64,000 nt of DNA from the IMG/VR virus record IMGVR_UViG_3300043185_000079, one strand, 5' to 3'. Positions 63,529-64,000 of this stretch are shown here, piece by piece. Under the pieces are notes generated by a model that was given only the letters and a program-made list of their open reading frames with translations, ran no database searches and was not told the DNA's origin. This DNA is from a virus. Made by a program: the position numbers and the translations under genes. Each line of letters opens with the position of its first letter. Position 1 is the stretch's first letter.

Positions 63529-64000
63529 CTTCGACCCTGTAAAGGCCACACTCGGGACGTTGTGTCGTAATGGGCATGACTACGACGGTACTGGTCAGAG
63601 CTTGCGTCGACTGAAGGAAAGGCGTGGGGTTGTTGTTCCTGCGGATTGTCTGCAATGTCAGCGCGAAGACAGAAAGAGACGATACGCCAGTGATCCCGAG
63701 CAGGCAAAGGCGTCTGCCAAACAGTGGTATGCCCAGAATCGGGAGCGAGTAGCAGATACCTTTCGCTCCTACTACCGGGAACACCGGCAAAAGCTACTCG
63801 AGTATCAGACCAGATACCGAGAAGAGAACGCGGACCTCGTAAAGACCAGGAGATCTGTTTACTATCTTCGCGAGCGCGAGCAGATCAGGGCCAAGAGTCG
63901 TGCGTGGTATGTACTGAACAAACTGCGGGCGAAGGAATCCAGAGCAGCGTGGCGGCTCAGAAATCTCGTCAAAGTACGGGCATGGAACAGGTGGTATTCC
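63521..64000 (+). mobile_element. putative HNH-type homing endonuclease (5' part, runs off the window)
   Basis: Open from ATG 63521 to the end: LCRNGH..CLQC then W/Y..N basic helical repeats; lower GC; not in the ORF track; the nuclease domain itself is not visible. Confidence 0.55.

Noticed and set aside
212-63790. Many long minus-strand ORFs (e.g. 212..1495, 41423..42628, 56507..58222, 58787..60367)
   Set aside because: They are antisense shadows of GC3-biased + strand genes, with no recognisable motifs, and they overlap confident genes
1-64000. tRNA, rRNA or group I intron genes
   Set aside because: No T-loop/cloverleaf or rRNA signatures were noticed by eye; tRNAscan/Infernal were not run

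Overview
This window is a GC-rich fragment of a large tailed dsDNA phage (jumbo-phage-like, HK97-type head). Essentially all real genes are on the + strand. Gene order: (1) replication/transcription block at 1-6.9 kb (beta-clamp-like protein, SbcC C-terminal half, TOPRIM primase, DnaX, NusG paralogue, tandem sigma-4 protein); (2) structural and head block at 6.9-36.2 kb (fibre-like protein, Dps, TerL, portal, two multi-enzyme polyproteins, intein-containing prohead protease, acidic scaffold, decoration protein, major capsid protein, terminator); (3) accessory block at 36.2-56 kb (homing endonucleases, IbrA/IbrB-like pair, ParB-like protein, parS palindrome, SET domain, DUF488, RNase HII, NodB, ClpS, papain-like protease, RtcB, tyrosine phosphatase); (4) a second structural block ending in a gene that appears to be broken by a short split intein plus an HNH-like ORF. 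The most striking unexplained signal is a shared peptide grammar. A basic 'RVAxx[HWFY]' helix and [K/R]-x-A junctions recur in otherwise unrelated proteins and fall at enzyme-domain boundaries, one of them immediately before an Ntn-hydrolase catalytic Cys. I infer a capsid-targeting plus prohead-protease processing system that delivers enzymes (ART-fold, Ntn-hydrolase, TopoIB, 2H phosphoesterase, CCA enzyme) into the host. Many of these genes sit behind a shared intergenic CGGT-N8-TAT motif. All calls come from motif recognition by eye; no database searches were run.
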